This document shows, piece by piece, positions 63,955 to 64,000 of a stretch of DNA of 64,000 nucleotides (position 1 is its first letter; each line of letters begins with the position of its first letter). The notes beneath the pieces were generated by a model. The model saw only the letters and a program-made list of their open reading frames with translations. It did no database searches and had not been told where the DNA came from. Made by a program: the position numbers and the translations under genes. Source of the DNA: Candidatus Woesebacteria bacterium (GTDB lineage Bacteria > Patescibacteriota > Microgenomatia > UBA10105 > UBA927). The stretch spans positions 8,234-72,233 of the forward strand of contig JAGORV010000004.1 in assembly GCA_018062625.1 (NCBI GenBank), in the 5' to 3' direction.

Positions 63955-64000
63955 TGCCATTTATCGCATGGATTATCACTCTCATTTTTACAACTGAAAA
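63955..64000 (+). CDS. Start of a further ORF, truncated by the window end
   Basis: The ATG at 63955 begins MPFIAWIITLIFTTE (hydrophobic). Only 15 codons are visible. Confidence 0.25.

Noticed and set aside
1-64000. Alternative genetic code (UGA read as Gly or Trp, as in some CPR lineages).
   Set aside because: Many long ORFs end at TGA exactly where the next gene starts (ATGA overlaps at 2215, 14828, 26915, 29033, 40442 and others). Gene lengths and domain ends look complete under the standard bacterial code.

Overview
All calls are made by eye from the translations. No searches were run, so family names are motif-level inferences.

The window looks like a low-GC, gene-dense, standard-code bacterial segment. 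Its content resembles a Candidate Phyla Radiation (Patescibacteria) genome, but that taxonomic call is inference only. Almost every ORF encodes a secreted, membrane-anchored, polytopic-membrane or glycan-biosynthesis protein. I recognised no housekeeping, RNA, CRISPR or mobile-element genes.

Five blocks stand out:

1. **1-10.6 kb, surface proteins.** A 5'-truncated tail-fibre-like protein carries an internal peptidase-S74 chaperone domain and an H-lectin-like end. It is followed by a 1985-aa protein with three 120-aa repeats and six LamG-type lectin domains, then three tandem type IV pilin-like genes.
2. **10.6-19 kb, anchored exo-enzymes.** One phosphodiesterase-type and two sulfatase-like alkaline-phosphatase-superfamily proteins, plus two SGNH-type hydrolases.
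3. **20.3-34.8 kb, the most unusual part.** One tightly coupled minus-strand operon holds eleven tandem paralogs of an uncharacterised family. Each has an N-terminal anchor and an ectodomain of paired-cysteine repeats with conserved HxxxH, GC-x-HG and C-x-HG-x-GH motifs. A GT-C-like membrane glycosyltransferase interrupts the array, and beta-sandwich (cupredoxin-like) proteins flank it.
4. **36-63 kb, a very large glycosylation locus.** It contains six GT2 (DPM1/ArnC/GtrB-like) enzymes and nine large polytopic, GT-C-like membrane proteins, including YfhO-like and DUF2079-like members. It also has three DegT-family aminotransferases, a TylCIII-type C-methyltransferase, an RmlC-like cupin, a WcaF-like acetyltransferase and two SAM methyltransferases, one of them fused to a GT2.
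5. **Compact organisation throughout.** ATGA start/stop overlaps, overlapping convergent stop codons and back-to-back divergent starts are common.
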